DNA from: the human T2T-CHM13v2.0 reference genome, Homo sapiens
NCBI RefSeq assembly: GCF_009914755.1
Contig: NC_060931.1
Strand: one strand, 5' to 3'
Length of the DNA stretch: 64,000 nt
Both the position numbers and the translations under genes were made by a program. Below, piece after piece: positions 1 to 13,594 of this stretch. Position 1 is the stretch's first letter. Each line of letters starts with the position of its first letter. The notes beneath the pieces are model-generated. The model saw nothing but the letters and a program-made list of their open reading frames with translations. It did no database searches and was not told where the DNA came from.

Positions 1-929
1 AGGCTGAAGAAAGGATGTAATTTGGATGTGTTGGGAACTTAGGGTATGGTAGAAGTCCAGTCGTTGACTGAATAGCTGGACTTGTCTCCTTAAGCCTGCA
101 GTGTAGTTCTTACAAGTATATTTTTAAGGATTTTTACTTCCAAGTCTAACCAAGAGGGTTTTTTTTCCCATAATACAACCCCAAAATGACCCTGGGTAGT
201 TACAAACCCACCCCTGGTGTTTGGGGGAGGGTGGGATGGCCTTGACTCAGGAACCATTGCTAAGAGGTATTCCACAAGAAAAAAAAAACCACACAGGCAA
301 AAAAGCAAGGCATCCACATATTTTAAGGTATACTGTTGGAAAGTAGGTAGCTTCAAACAAAATTGGCAGGCAAACTCATTAATTTAATAGTCTTTTCTGA
401 CAAGGGCAAATAGCTAAACACTGTTTGCTAGACACTAAAATATAATGCAGGTAGGAACAATGTAATCTTGCTTGTATCCTCTGCTAATAGGATGATCCTT
501 AGTTTATGAACAAATAGAATTTGAAAGTCATATATGACTGTTGCTGGGTTTATAACAATTTTTAAAGCTGTAGTATAATTAGGCTAAATAACATGGTTTT
601 ATAACATAAAAACATAATACTAAATTTATTCATGTTTTACAATACATGTGAGCAAGGCTATTTGGGGAAACAAATTGTCCGCTCAATTACCAGATAATTG
701 TCGTATGGACTCTTAACAATCGGAGATTCGGTGATCATTTGGTGTGTGCGGGTAAGGTGAAATTACTTGATCTAGCACTCCATTTACAATTTATTAAAGG
801 ACTAGGCATCTTCCAGTCCAGAAAGCACAATGTGTCTTTCTGGGATTTTCCTGAGAAATTCTGAAGAAAAATGGTAACCCCAATGTTATGACTTAACAAC
901 AAACCTGGACCTGAAGAAATGATAAAGAT

Positions 930-2050
930 TCTTATAGGGCTGGTGGGAAAATGTGAGGTGCTGGGACAGTCTTTCTGGAAGAAGTAATGTCTGACCTGAA
1001 TTCACAAGGATAAATAGAAATTTGCCAAAACACACAGATTTTTAAGATAGGAAGAAATACTTTGCAATGACAAAGAGATATAAAACAACAGCTCTGTGCT
1101 ACTAGGAGAATATGAATGCCATGAAGGCAGAGGTTTTTACATGTTTTGTTCACTGCTATATTAAGGAGCTTCAAGTGGTATCTGAAACACAGTAGAGGAT
1201 CAGTGAATATTTATGGAATGAAGAATGAGTTAATTGCGATGAGTCATGTGAGATGAGGCTAAAGAGACTGGTGTGGACTAGAGGATGAAAAATTTGGATG
1301 TAAGAGAAAAGTTCTGATCTTTGCCTTCTAGAGGCCATGGAGAACCATGGAGGGGTATTAAGATGGGGAAATAAAATTGTAAAAGTAGATACAATCATGT
1401 GGGTGGTCATGATTGTGGTGGTGAGGTTACAGAGTGATAAAACAAAAAGGTTAACAAGCAACACAAGCTGGGAAATCTCAGTTTTTGAGGAGTAGACAAA
1501 GAATTCATTAAAGGAGTCTGAAAAGAAGCAGAGAACCAGGAAGACCTCTAGAAGATATGAGCGTCCCGGAAGCCACGGGAGGAAAGATTCTGGAAGAAAT
1601 GAGAAATATTCATTCGACAAATAGAAAGTCAACAGAGAGAGCATTTTCAATAGTGGGATGGGGACTGAAACCAGACAGCAGTAGGATGAGAGGTGCAAGG
1701 CAGAAAAGGAAGTCAGATGTTAAGTAAAGGCTATTCCTACAAGAATCACTATCTTTATGATTTATGGTGGGGTAAATGTAGGCCCATACTTGGATAATCT
1801 TTCAAGAAATTTGGCCCAGGATGAAAGAAAAGAGAAAAATCCATGGCTGGAGGGGAAAGCAGAATCAAGAAAAAGTTCTTAAAGAATGGGATAAATTAGA
1901 GCAGGTTTATAGGCTAAAGGTAAGGTGCCTGAAGAAAAAGGAAGTTATAACAGGGTCCATGATAAAGGGAATGTTGATGAAGTGGTTCCCTGAGTGACTA
2001 AGAGTGACTTCCTTCCAGAGCAAGGTGAAGTTAGTGTCTTTGATTATGGG
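930..2050 (-). mobile_element. Degenerate L2 LINE fragments, with a short plus-strand L2 3' end at about 1110-1228
   Basis: Purine-rich L2-like sequence; L2 terminal motif ...cagtgaatatttatggaatgaagaatga at about 1200-1228. Confidence 0.55.
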
Positions 2051-2764
2051 ACCTATAAATTTTCTTTTGAAGCCAGAGGGAAAGAAGGAAGGATGCGCCT
2101 AGGTAGAAGGTAGTTTCCTTAGCATGAGGGAGAGAAAATTATCTGTAAGTACTTGGGATGATGGCATATTAGATTAGCTTCAGCTAAATGTGGATCTAAT
2201 GCATGTATTTTAGTGGTCATGAATGTTTTCATTTTATGTTCTTTATATAAGTGTGCAGATTTACATGCCAAGTGGCAAGTGGGATACAGCAGGCCCTGCA
2301 AATCACTTTAGATCACTGGCAAGTGTGGTATGGGGAGTTTTTTGACAAATAAAAAAATACATAGCTAAAATGCAGTATTAATCCCAAATTTATAGCCATT
2401 TAAGTATAATGGATTCATCCATGCTTCCCTTGTTAAATTGTATTCCAGATTTTTAGTGGAAGTATCACTTTGGTGCAACATTTTCCAATCTACTAGCAGA
2501 AGATGCTTTGTAACATAAAACTGCTTCTGAACTGAAATGCATTGTAATGCTCATTACAACCCACTCTCCTGGAAATACAAAACTGATTTATCTAATGCAC
2601 TAAAAAATTCTCCATAAATGTACCACACAATATGAAATAACGTTAATTAGGAGGAGAGGCACAACATAATACATTTTCTTTAAATTTTAGGGCAATCTGC
2701 ATAACTTTCATTAATGTGGTATAATAACTGCAATTATTTCCATTTGCACTTTTCGTTAGAATTT

Positions 2765-2828
2765 ATATTCATTATAATATAATGAATATTTTTCATATTC
2801 ATTATATTTCATATAATATAATGAATAT
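2765..2828. repeat. Two adjacent AT-rich palindromes
   Basis: atattcattata-a-tataatgaatat (12-bp arms, 2765-2789) and atattcattatatt-tcatat-aatataatgaatat (14-bp arms, 2795-2828). Confidence 0.9.
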
Positions 2829-3560
2829 ATTTCATATTCCACAGTATGAAAAATGAACATGACTTTATAAGGCTTTATAGCAAGATACTGCTATAGGTGA
2901 TTTCGTTCATTTATTCAAAAAGTAAGCCAACTCATGCAGGCACTGTGATTCAACAGGCTTCACGGCAAGATTTTCAGTTCACCATCTGGAATTCTCTTGT
3001 ACATAACTTTAATTGCACCCAGTCCATTTAAATTTCTGCTCTCATGCATAAGCAACGAACACTCCAACAGCAGAGCACATTTTTGACATGACAAGCATAA
3101 TTTCTAAAATAAAATTTATTACAGTATAGTGGCAGAGAGTGAGGAATGTGATTTTTTTTTAATTTAAGTTTTAAAATTTATAGAACCAGGGGAATTTGAG
3201 ACTTACTTGGCAAATTTATTGTATACTGGTTATTTTTAGATTTGAGTTTTGCTTTTTAAAAAAGTCTCCAATGAAAGATTCCCTCCCTCCACTTAAAAAT
3301 AATTTGAATAAACTGATTGAACATATTTTACATAATAGTAAATTTGACCATCCTCCTGTAGCTTTAGAATTGTTGGCTGTAACCATTACTACTACTTTTT
3401 CTTCTTCCCTCTGACATTTGTTGAAATCCCAAATTTTGCTACTGCCATGTTTTATCTAAGGTTAGTAAATTTTGGGCTGCATGCTCAAGGAAATTACTAC
3501 TGTTGATTAGAAGGGGGCAGGAAATAGGTTTATAGAAAAATACATAGTAAACAAACTGTT

Positions 3561-3930
3561 TGATGTGGTTTGGCTGTGTCCCCACCCAAGTCTCATCTTG
3601 AACTGTAGTTCCCATAATCTCCACGTGTCGTGGGAGGAACCCAGTGGGAAGTAATTTAATCATGGGGACTGTTACCCCCATGCTGTTCTTGTGATAGTGA
3701 GTTCTCACGAGATCTGATGGCTTTATGAGGGACTTTTCCCCCTTTGCTTGGCACTTCTCTCTCCTGCTGCCATGTGAAGAAGGACATGTTTGCTCCCGCT
3801 TCTGCCATGATTGTAAGTTTCCTGAGGCATCTCCAGCCCTGCAGAACCGTGAGTCAATTAAACCTCTTTCCTTTATAAATTACCCAGTCTTGGGCAGTTC
3901 TTTATAGCAGCGTGAGAACAGACTAATACT
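3561..3930 (+). mobile_element. Solo MaLR LTR (THE1D/MSTA-like)
   Basis: Starts tgatgtggtttggctgtgtccccaccc, ends gactaatac(t); 5-bp TSD ctgtt/ctatt. Confidence 0.92.
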
Positions 3931-4941
3931 CTATTTTTTTTACAACTCCTTTCTTCTGGATCCCCCAACTCATAAAATAGACGATTGTAACTAAGCCTGT
4001 GAATCCAGAAACATTGAGAACCCTGGGGTTTTTTTTACATAGTATGGACATTGCAGGTTATCTTCAATTTAACAAAGGGTAGTTGGTGGCCAGAAAAGTG
4101 ACATACTCAAAGTAACCATGTGAATTAGCAGCACATATTATACTAGAAATCTAGTATTATGATTCCAGTTAAAAGAGTTTTTCCTTATCTAATTCAGGTA
4201 AGACTGTATGTTTTTTTTTTTTTTTTTCTGAGTGAGGGCACTGTCGTATGGAAGGATTTACAGTCATAAAACTAGCACAATTTGTGGGTTAATGTATAGG
4301 GTTAATCTGTTCTTACCCATTAGTGTTAAACTCCATAAGAACAAGAACTTATCTTGTTAACTGGATGTTCCCATATTTATAACAGCACCTGGCACATTTA
4401 TGGAATGAACAAAGAGGAGGAAGATAGACAAATTAAACAAAGACTTGGTACATGACCAAAGAGAATCGAATGATGATAGGTTGCTTGAAAAGCCCAGACA
4501 GAAGACAGTCAGTAGAAAAATAGTTTTGTTCATTTTTATACACTCAGCTGCATTATTTGACTCACACATGCATCTTCCTGATTTTGTTTTGTGACTGTTC
4601 TTCTCTCCCTGGTGTCATAACAGAATAAAATAATTCAACAAATATGCACGCCAAGCTCGAGGAAAAAACTGGTATGAGAGATACAGTCCTTGTTCTTGAG
4701 GGAAATTAGCTACTTTAAATAAGGTATTTAAAAGACAGTAGTTTCTCTGAATTGGCATTTCTGTATATATCCACTAGAACAATTACTTACATTTATACTG
4801 ATAACTGATGAAGGTAAATGTTAACATGTTCCTTATGCATTTAGGTGTGCATTTAAGGTGTTAGAAACTGGGGTAAATAACATTAGAAACTGAGGTAAAT
4901 AACAGGTTAATACAAAATTGATAATTAACAATTATATCCTG

Positions 4942-5298
4942 TGTATTAGTCTGTTCTCATGCTGCTAATAAAGACATACCTGAGACTGGGTAATTTATAA
5001 AGAAAAAGAGGTTTAATGGACTCAAAGTTTCACATGGCTGGGGAGCTCTCACAATCATGGTGGAAGGAGAAAGGCATGTCTTACATGGCAATAGGCAAGA
5101 AAGAAAAAGAAACAAGGGAAAGCAGAAACCCCTTATAAAAACATCAGATCTCGTGAGACTTACTATCACAAGAACAGCATGGGGGAAACCACCCCATGAT
5201 TCAGTTATCTCTCACCAGGTCCCTCCCACAACACATGGGAATTATGGGAGCTACAATTCAAGATGAGATTTGGGTGGGGACACAGCCAAACCATATCA
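4942..5298 (-). mobile_element. Solo MaLR LTR (THE1B/C-like)
   Basis: tgtattagtc...cacagccaaaccatatca; perfect 5-bp TSD tcctg (4937-4941, 5299-5303). Confidence 0.93.
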
Positions 5299-5484
5299 TC
5301 CTGTTATACACATAGATTTACCATCTGTAAACACACTTCTACTGTCCCTCTTTCACCAGTATTTAGAAATGGCCAACAGACATATTTTTAAATAAAACAA
5401 ATAGATATATTCATCCAAATACTTAAGTGATATGTGTTTGCAGGGTGGGGTTAGAATGGCACAATGTACTTTTTGTTGCTTTAT

Positions 5485-5578
5485 GTTATTTTATTTTTAC
5501 ATTTTAGATTTGAGGGTACATGTGCAGGTTTGTCATATGGATATATTGTGTAATGGTGAGCTTTGGGCTTCTAGTCAT
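5485..5578 (-). mobile_element. Short L1 3'-end fragment
   Basis: gagggtacatgtgcaggtttgtcatatggatatattgtgtaatggtgag following a T-rich tail. Confidence 0.7.
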
Positions 5579-6129
5579 GGTTCTTTTTGTATTAAAGAGG
5601 GACTGTAGTTTAAAATTTTTTATTTTTATGGTATTTGAGCTTTATGATAATCTAAACAAGTAATTTGTCTCCAAGAATCTCCTCGATACAATGAATGCAA
5701 TTTCCCTGCCTCTAAGCTCCAAATGAATGAGGTCTAAAATATTAAGAACAATAGCTCCTTCTATTGAAACTTACCACAAACAACAACATTTCATCACTTA
5801 ACATTGGCACAAATAGGAATATTAGTTCTTTTTATTTTTTTTATGGATTTCTCAGTGCATGGAATTTTGGTGATAAGAAGTTGATCTCATATGAGTTGAA
5901 TGGGAGAAAATAAAGATCACCCAGGATAATAATGAAGAGACAATGTGTATTCCGCCTCATCCCTGAATATATATAAAAACATAGTACATGCAAATAAATG
6001 TACTCTACCAATTTGAACATGAAAGAAGCTTTGTTTTCAAGTGACCAAAACACTAATATTGACTTCTTGCCAATTAGTCAATCATTTTTTAAAAAATTGA
6101 GTTTACTTACAACTGACTTGAGTGGTCAC

Positions 6130-7307
6130 GTTAGCTCAAAATATTTGATCCTGTTGCCAAATCCAAAGCTACCTTCTCCGTCCTATTTTACTCAGCACTT
6201 GGCACAACTGCTCACACCTTCCATCTTGAAATGCTTTCCTTCATAAGGCTACTAGGACATGGTTTTTCTTCTTCCTCACAAGTTATGTGTTTTTGGCCTT
6301 TTGCTGGTCACTCTTCCCCTTCCTGACATTTAAAATTGGAGGTTCCTAGTCCTCAGAATGTTTCTCTTCTTTATTTGCACTCATTTCCTAGATGTTCTTA
6401 TTCAGTCCCCAGCTTTAGGCATACTCCCCACATACCAGCCATCTCTACGTGGATGGCTTAAAGGCATCTCAAGCTTGACATGTCCCAGACTGGATTCTCG
6501 GTTCCCCATCCTGTCTCCTGTGACCATATGCATCTATCATAGTCATTATATAAATAAAGGGCAACTTTGTTCTGGTTTTTTAGGTTAAAATTTTTGTAGT
6601 CCTCTGGGTGTGGTGGTACATGCCCGTAGTACCAGCTACTGGGGAGACTGAGGTGGGAGGATTACTTGAGCCCAGGAGTTCGAGGCTAGCCTGGGCAAAA
6701 TAACGAGAACCTGTCTCAAAAAAAAAATCTTTGATTTTTCTCTTTTTCTTATATCCCCCATCATGTCCATCAGTAAATCCTGTGGCTCTGCTTTTAAAAT
6801 ATATTTACAATCCATTTCTTACCTCATCCACTCCTAACCAACCTCCTCCAAGCTTTCTTCATCTAGTTTGGACTGCAGTGGAAGCCAGCTTGCCTGCCTG
6901 CCTGTTTCCATCCTTGCTCACCAACAGTCTATTCTCAACACAGCAGCTAGCACGAGCCTTTAAAAATGTTATGTCCTATCACTCCTCTGCTCAGACACTC
7001 AGAAACTCGTTTCATTCAAAAGTGAAACCCAAAGTCCTTTCTCTGGCCCATGGCTACACAAGATTCCACATTACTTGCCTCCCTCCACCTCCAACAATCT
7101 CTTGGACCTCTTCTACCATTCCATCTCTTCCTCACTTAGCTTTAGCCAACTTAGCTCCTTGTCATGGCTTGTCTGCATCAAGCACAGCCCTGCCTCAAAA
7201 TCTTCTGCTTGCATGGGCAATTCTATCCTGGATATCTCTACAGCTTGCTCACTCACTTTCTTTAGATTTCTACACAGATGTCTTTCCCTGGCCACTCTTT
7301 CTAAAGG
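6130..7307 (+). mobile_element. L2 LINE (5' part; interrupted by a FLAM and by an L1MA; resumes at about 9131-9346)
   Basis: Pyrimidine-rich L2 ORF-like sequence; L2 terminus ...taaatacttattaaatgaatgaat at about 9320-9346. Confidence 0.7.
6603..6727 (+). mobile_element. Free left Alu monomer (FLAM_A-like)
   Basis: About 125-bp single Alu monomer ending ctgtctc plus an A tail. Confidence 0.85.
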
Positions 7308-7317
7308 AGAACTGTCT

Positions 7318-9120
7318 GACAAAGTTTCCAGGAAAATACAATGGAGAAAGGAAAGTTCAGTAAATGGTGTTGGTAAAACTGAATATCCCCATGCAGAAGG
7401 ATGAAATTAGATTATATCTCTCACCATATACAAATATCAACTCAAAATGGCTCAAAGACTTAAATGTAAAACCTGAAACTATAAAACTAATAGAAGAAAA
7501 CATAGGGGAAAAGCTTTATGACATTGGTCTGGGCAGTGATTTTTCAACATGACCTCAAAAACCCAAGTAACAGAAGCAAAACTAGACAAATAGGGTTATA
7601 TCAAACTAACAAACTTCTGTGCAGAAGAGGAAACAATTGACACAATGAAGTGACAACATGAAGAATGGAAGAAAATATTTGTAAACTGTACATGGATAAA
7701 GGGTTAATATCTAAAATATATAAGGAACTCAAATAACTCAATAGCAAGAAAAAAATAACCTGATCAAAAAATAGGCAAATGCCTGAGTAGGTATTTATCA
7801 CAAAAAGATATACAAATGGCCAACAAGTATATGGAAATTGCTCAACATCACTAATCATCAGGGAAATGCAAATCAAAACCACAAGGCAGTATCGCCTCGC
7901 TCCTGTTAGAATAGTTATTAGGAAAAAGACAAAAGATAACAGGTGTTGGAGAGGATGTGGAGAAAAGGGAACCCTTGCACACTGTTGATGGCAATGTAAA
8001 TTAGTATAGCCATTATGGAAAACAGCATGGAGGTTTCTCAAAATATCAAAGATAGATCTATATGATCAGTAATTCCACCACTAGGTATATATCTGAAGGA
8101 AATGAAACAAATATGTTGAAGAGATGCGTGCACTCCCATGTTTATTTTTTTTTCTATTTGTTTCCTAGAACTTTTTTTTTTAATACTTTAAGTTCTAGGG
8201 TACATGTGCACAACGTGCAGGTTTGTTACATAGGTGTACATGTGCCATGTTGGTTTGCTGCACCCATCAACTCGTCATTTACGTTAGGTATTTCTCCTAA
8301 TGCTATCCCTCCTTCAGCCTCCTGCCCCCTGATAGGCCCCAGTGTGTGATGTTCCCTGCCCTGTGTCCAAGTGATCTCCTTGTTCAGTTCCCACCTATGA
8401 GTGAGAACATGTGGTGTTTGGTTTTCTGTCTTTGTGATAGTTTGCTGAGAATGATGGTTTCCAGCTTCATCCATGTCCCTGCAAAGGACATGAACTCATC
8501 CTTTTTTATGGCTGCATAGTATTCCATGGTGTATGTGGTGCACTCCCATGTTTATTGAAGCACTACTCATAATAGCCAAGGCAGGGAATCAATGGATAAA
8601 GAAAATGTGTTATATCTATATAATGGAATGGTATTCAGCCATAAAAAAGAATAAAGTCCTGTCATTTGCAACAGCGTGGGTGAACTAAAGCATATTTTGG
8701 TAAGTGAAATAAGCCAGGCATAGAAAGGCAAATACTGCATGATCTTACTCATGTGGAATCTAAAAAAGTTGATTTCATAGAAGTAGAAAGTAGAATGGTG
8801 GTTCCCAGAGGCTGGGATGGTTGTGGGGCTGGGAGGAGTTGGGGAGATGTTAGCTAAAGGATAAAACCATCACCGGAAGAATAAGTTCAAGAGATCTATT
8901 GTGCAGCATGGTGATTATAGTTGATGATGATACACCATATTCTTGAAAAATGCTAAGAGTGGACATTAAATGTTCTCATCACAAAAATAATTATGTGAGA
9001 TAATGCATATATTAGCTAGATTTAACATTAGTACATATATTAGCTAGGTATTCAAAACATCATGTACACAATAAACACATATAATTTTATGTCAATTTTA
9101 AAAATAAATTTGGAAAAAAA
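7318..9120 (+). mobile_element. 5'-truncated L1MA (L1MA4/5-like): ORF2 C-terminus and 3'UTR
   Basis: ORF2-like peptide [32 protein letters not shown]; L1MA-type 3'UTR; TSD agaactgtct at 7308-7317 and 9121-9130. Confidence 0.9.
8147..8537 (-). mobile_element. 5'-truncated L1PA (L1PA5/6-like) nested in the L1MA
   Basis: L1PA 3'UTR; perfect 19-bp TSD gtgcactcccatgtttatt at 8128-8146 and 8538-8556. Confidence 0.95.
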
Positions 9121-9832
9121 AGAACTGTCTTCCTTGCCCATCACTTTCCTTTGTCTGACCCTGTTTCTCAGTTTTTCTTCATTCTCATCCCTAGTATGTA
9201 TTACTGTGTTTATTGTCTAATTTCCTCCTAGGAGGCAAACTTCTTGAGGCAGGGACTTTGTTTTGCTCATTGCCGTATTTCCAGCACCTAGACTAGTGCT
9301 GGGCACACAGTTAGCCCTAAGTAAATACTTATTAAATGAATGAATAAGTCCTGCAGAGCCAAGCAGAAGCCATCAAAATCAAAGTCTTTTTTTAAAAGAT
9401 AAAATTTTGGGAAACTGACAAAATATAAAAACTCGCTACAATTACAGTCAGAAGATTCAGGTGTGAGTTCTGTTTCTGCTACTTCTAAATGGTGTGACAA
9501 TAACTCTACAAGATTCCCAGAATCCTGTCTCTTTCATGCTAAGTGTTGTTTGTGCATCAATATCCCCATTTGGTGTATGTCTTGTAAAATGCATGGCATT
9601 TTCTATGCTTAGGATGGGGTATCTTGTCATTGATATTTACTCAGATTTCTCACATTTGGGGGGCCCCCAAATTGCTAATCTCTTTGCATAGACACACTGA
9701 AATTGGGTCAATTATTAACTCTCAGTCTGTTAGGATACCTTGTGAATTTTAATACATATACCAGTGGCTTGAGTATACCTCACAAAGCTAGAATAAATCA
9801 CATCACTATATCATGTTAGAAAAAAGATTTCA

Positions 9833-10133
<301 letters not shown>

Positions 10134-10229
10134 TCACCTGATCACCTGATGACGTGACATGATCAATAGTTATATATCCTTGATGTGCAGGTCAGGGTAT
10201 AGACAGCACATAAGGAATAGCAAGGGCAG

Positions 10230-10655
10230 AATGTCTACCACATGTTTGACCGCAAACCATTTGTTTAATTCCTGGACACACAAGAACGTGTACTACCTTT
10301 CCCAGTCTCTTATGACCAGTGGGAACTAGAACTGAGTTCTGGCCAATTGAATGTGGCAGAAAGTGAGGTACACCACCCCTTCCTGGGCTGGCTCCTAAAG
10401 CCTCTTGCATGACACTTTGCACTTTTGGTCTTATTTTAGCTGTGAGTTAGAGAGAGGACCCAGAGAGGGATGCGAAGGTCCTAGGGCATGAATCTTCACC
10501 AGAAGAAAGCCTGGTTCCCTGAGCCACTGCATGGAGGGGAGGTGCTCAGGAGATCTGCCATTCAGGAACACATGCACTGCAACTTATGTGAGTGAGAAAT
10601 AAACTTTTATTAAGTCGCTAAGACTTCATGGTGTATTTGTTAATACAGTAGCCAG
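10230..10655 (+). mobile_element. Old MaLR LTR (MLT1-like)
   Basis: actgagttctggccaattgaatgtggcagaaagtg ... gagaaataaacttttattaagtcgctaagact motifs. Confidence 0.7.
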
Positions 10656-10900
10656 TATGTCATGTCATTCACAACTCATGCTGTGGATTTGTGACTTAGT
10701 TTGCTCTGTCATATATGCTTTTTTGCTGCTGACTTCAAATGGAAAGTTGGATTATATAATAATTGAATGTGGAATATCCACTTTGATTTTCTCCTAATCT
10801 CCCTGGATACAAATCTTTTCAAATACCTGGTGCTTTTCTCTCTCAGTAACGTTTCTATATTAGATCTTTATCAGTGATAGCTATTCTCTTTCATAGCTTA

Positions 10901-11284
<384 letters not shown>

Positions 11285-11406
11285 TTATAGCATTACCTAA
11301 CTAGCTGCTTAAGTATTTCTCCAAACAAGTAGCAACATGAAACAACCTCTAAAATATTTGGGGGTAAAGGAACATGATATATGCAACCTACCCTCAAATG
11401 GTTCAG

Positions 11407-11408
<2 letters not shown>

Positions 11409-11455
<47 letters not shown>

Positions 11456-11462
11456 CTCTCTC
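11409..11462. repeat. Compound microsatellite (AC)22(TC)5
   Basis: Read directly from the sequence. Confidence 0.97.
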
Positions 11463-12129
11463 TTATAAAACAAATGGGGCAAAATGTTAATAGCAATGTG
11501 GGTAAACCGTATATGGTGTTATGTATATTATACTTGCACATTTTTTCTGTAAATTCAAAGCAACTTGTGAATATTTTTTAGAAAAAAGTATTAGCACTGT
11601 TATATTAATACTTATAGCTTTACTTTTAATGTTTTATCTGTGCAGTTTAAAAATCGTGGTACAGTAGTTTTCTCTATTATGCTTTTTAAAATTTTAAAGC
11701 AAAAACACAATTCTCTGGGTTCTTAATTTTCTGCTTTTCACTCAAAGCTATGATATAGTCTATGATACCTCTTAAATACTCTGAATTCTCTTTGAATGTA
11801 AAAAAAAGATGTGTATTATCCATACTAGTTAATATATTGTCAGCATAAGAGAATATACTGATCTAGTGAAAACTTTGGGGGATCATGTTTTATAGAACTA
11901 GGAAGAAAAGTTTTCAAAAACGGGTCAACTGCAATTAACAGGAAGCTCACAAATTAAGCAGAAGACTTTGTTGCATTTTAATATAAATATGAATAAAATA
12001 TATAATAAGGCTTGATTATGGCAATCACTCTGGGTTTGTCATATTCCAGACCCCAAACAACAGTGTCCTTGAGCAAAGTGTAATTATTCCCTCCTCTACA
12101 CTAGGCTGGGCATCAGCCAATAAATTATT

Positions 12130-13400
<1,271 letters not shown>

Positions 13401-13439
13401 GGGGGATAGGAGATACAAATGTAAAAAACAAACTAAGGA

Positions 13440-13585
13440 CATATTTATGTTATTTATTTTTTGGTCTGTCTCTAATAATATCAATTCCATGAGGAAAAGG
13501 ACATGATTGGCTTTGTTTATTGCTTTATCTCTAGTGCTAAAAAAGCGCCTAGCACATTGTGGGCATTCAAAAAGTATTTGTTGAA
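13440..13585 (+). mobile_element. L2 3' end
   Basis: ttccatgaggaaaagg...cctagcacattgtgggcattcaaaaagtatttgttgaa. Confidence 0.75.
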
Positions 13586-13594
13586 ACTGAGAAA

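Noticed and set aside
6731-7363. 210-aa ORF, and 175-aa ORF at 1171-1698
   Set aside because: Both lie in L2 remnants, have biased composition and show no recognisable domain.
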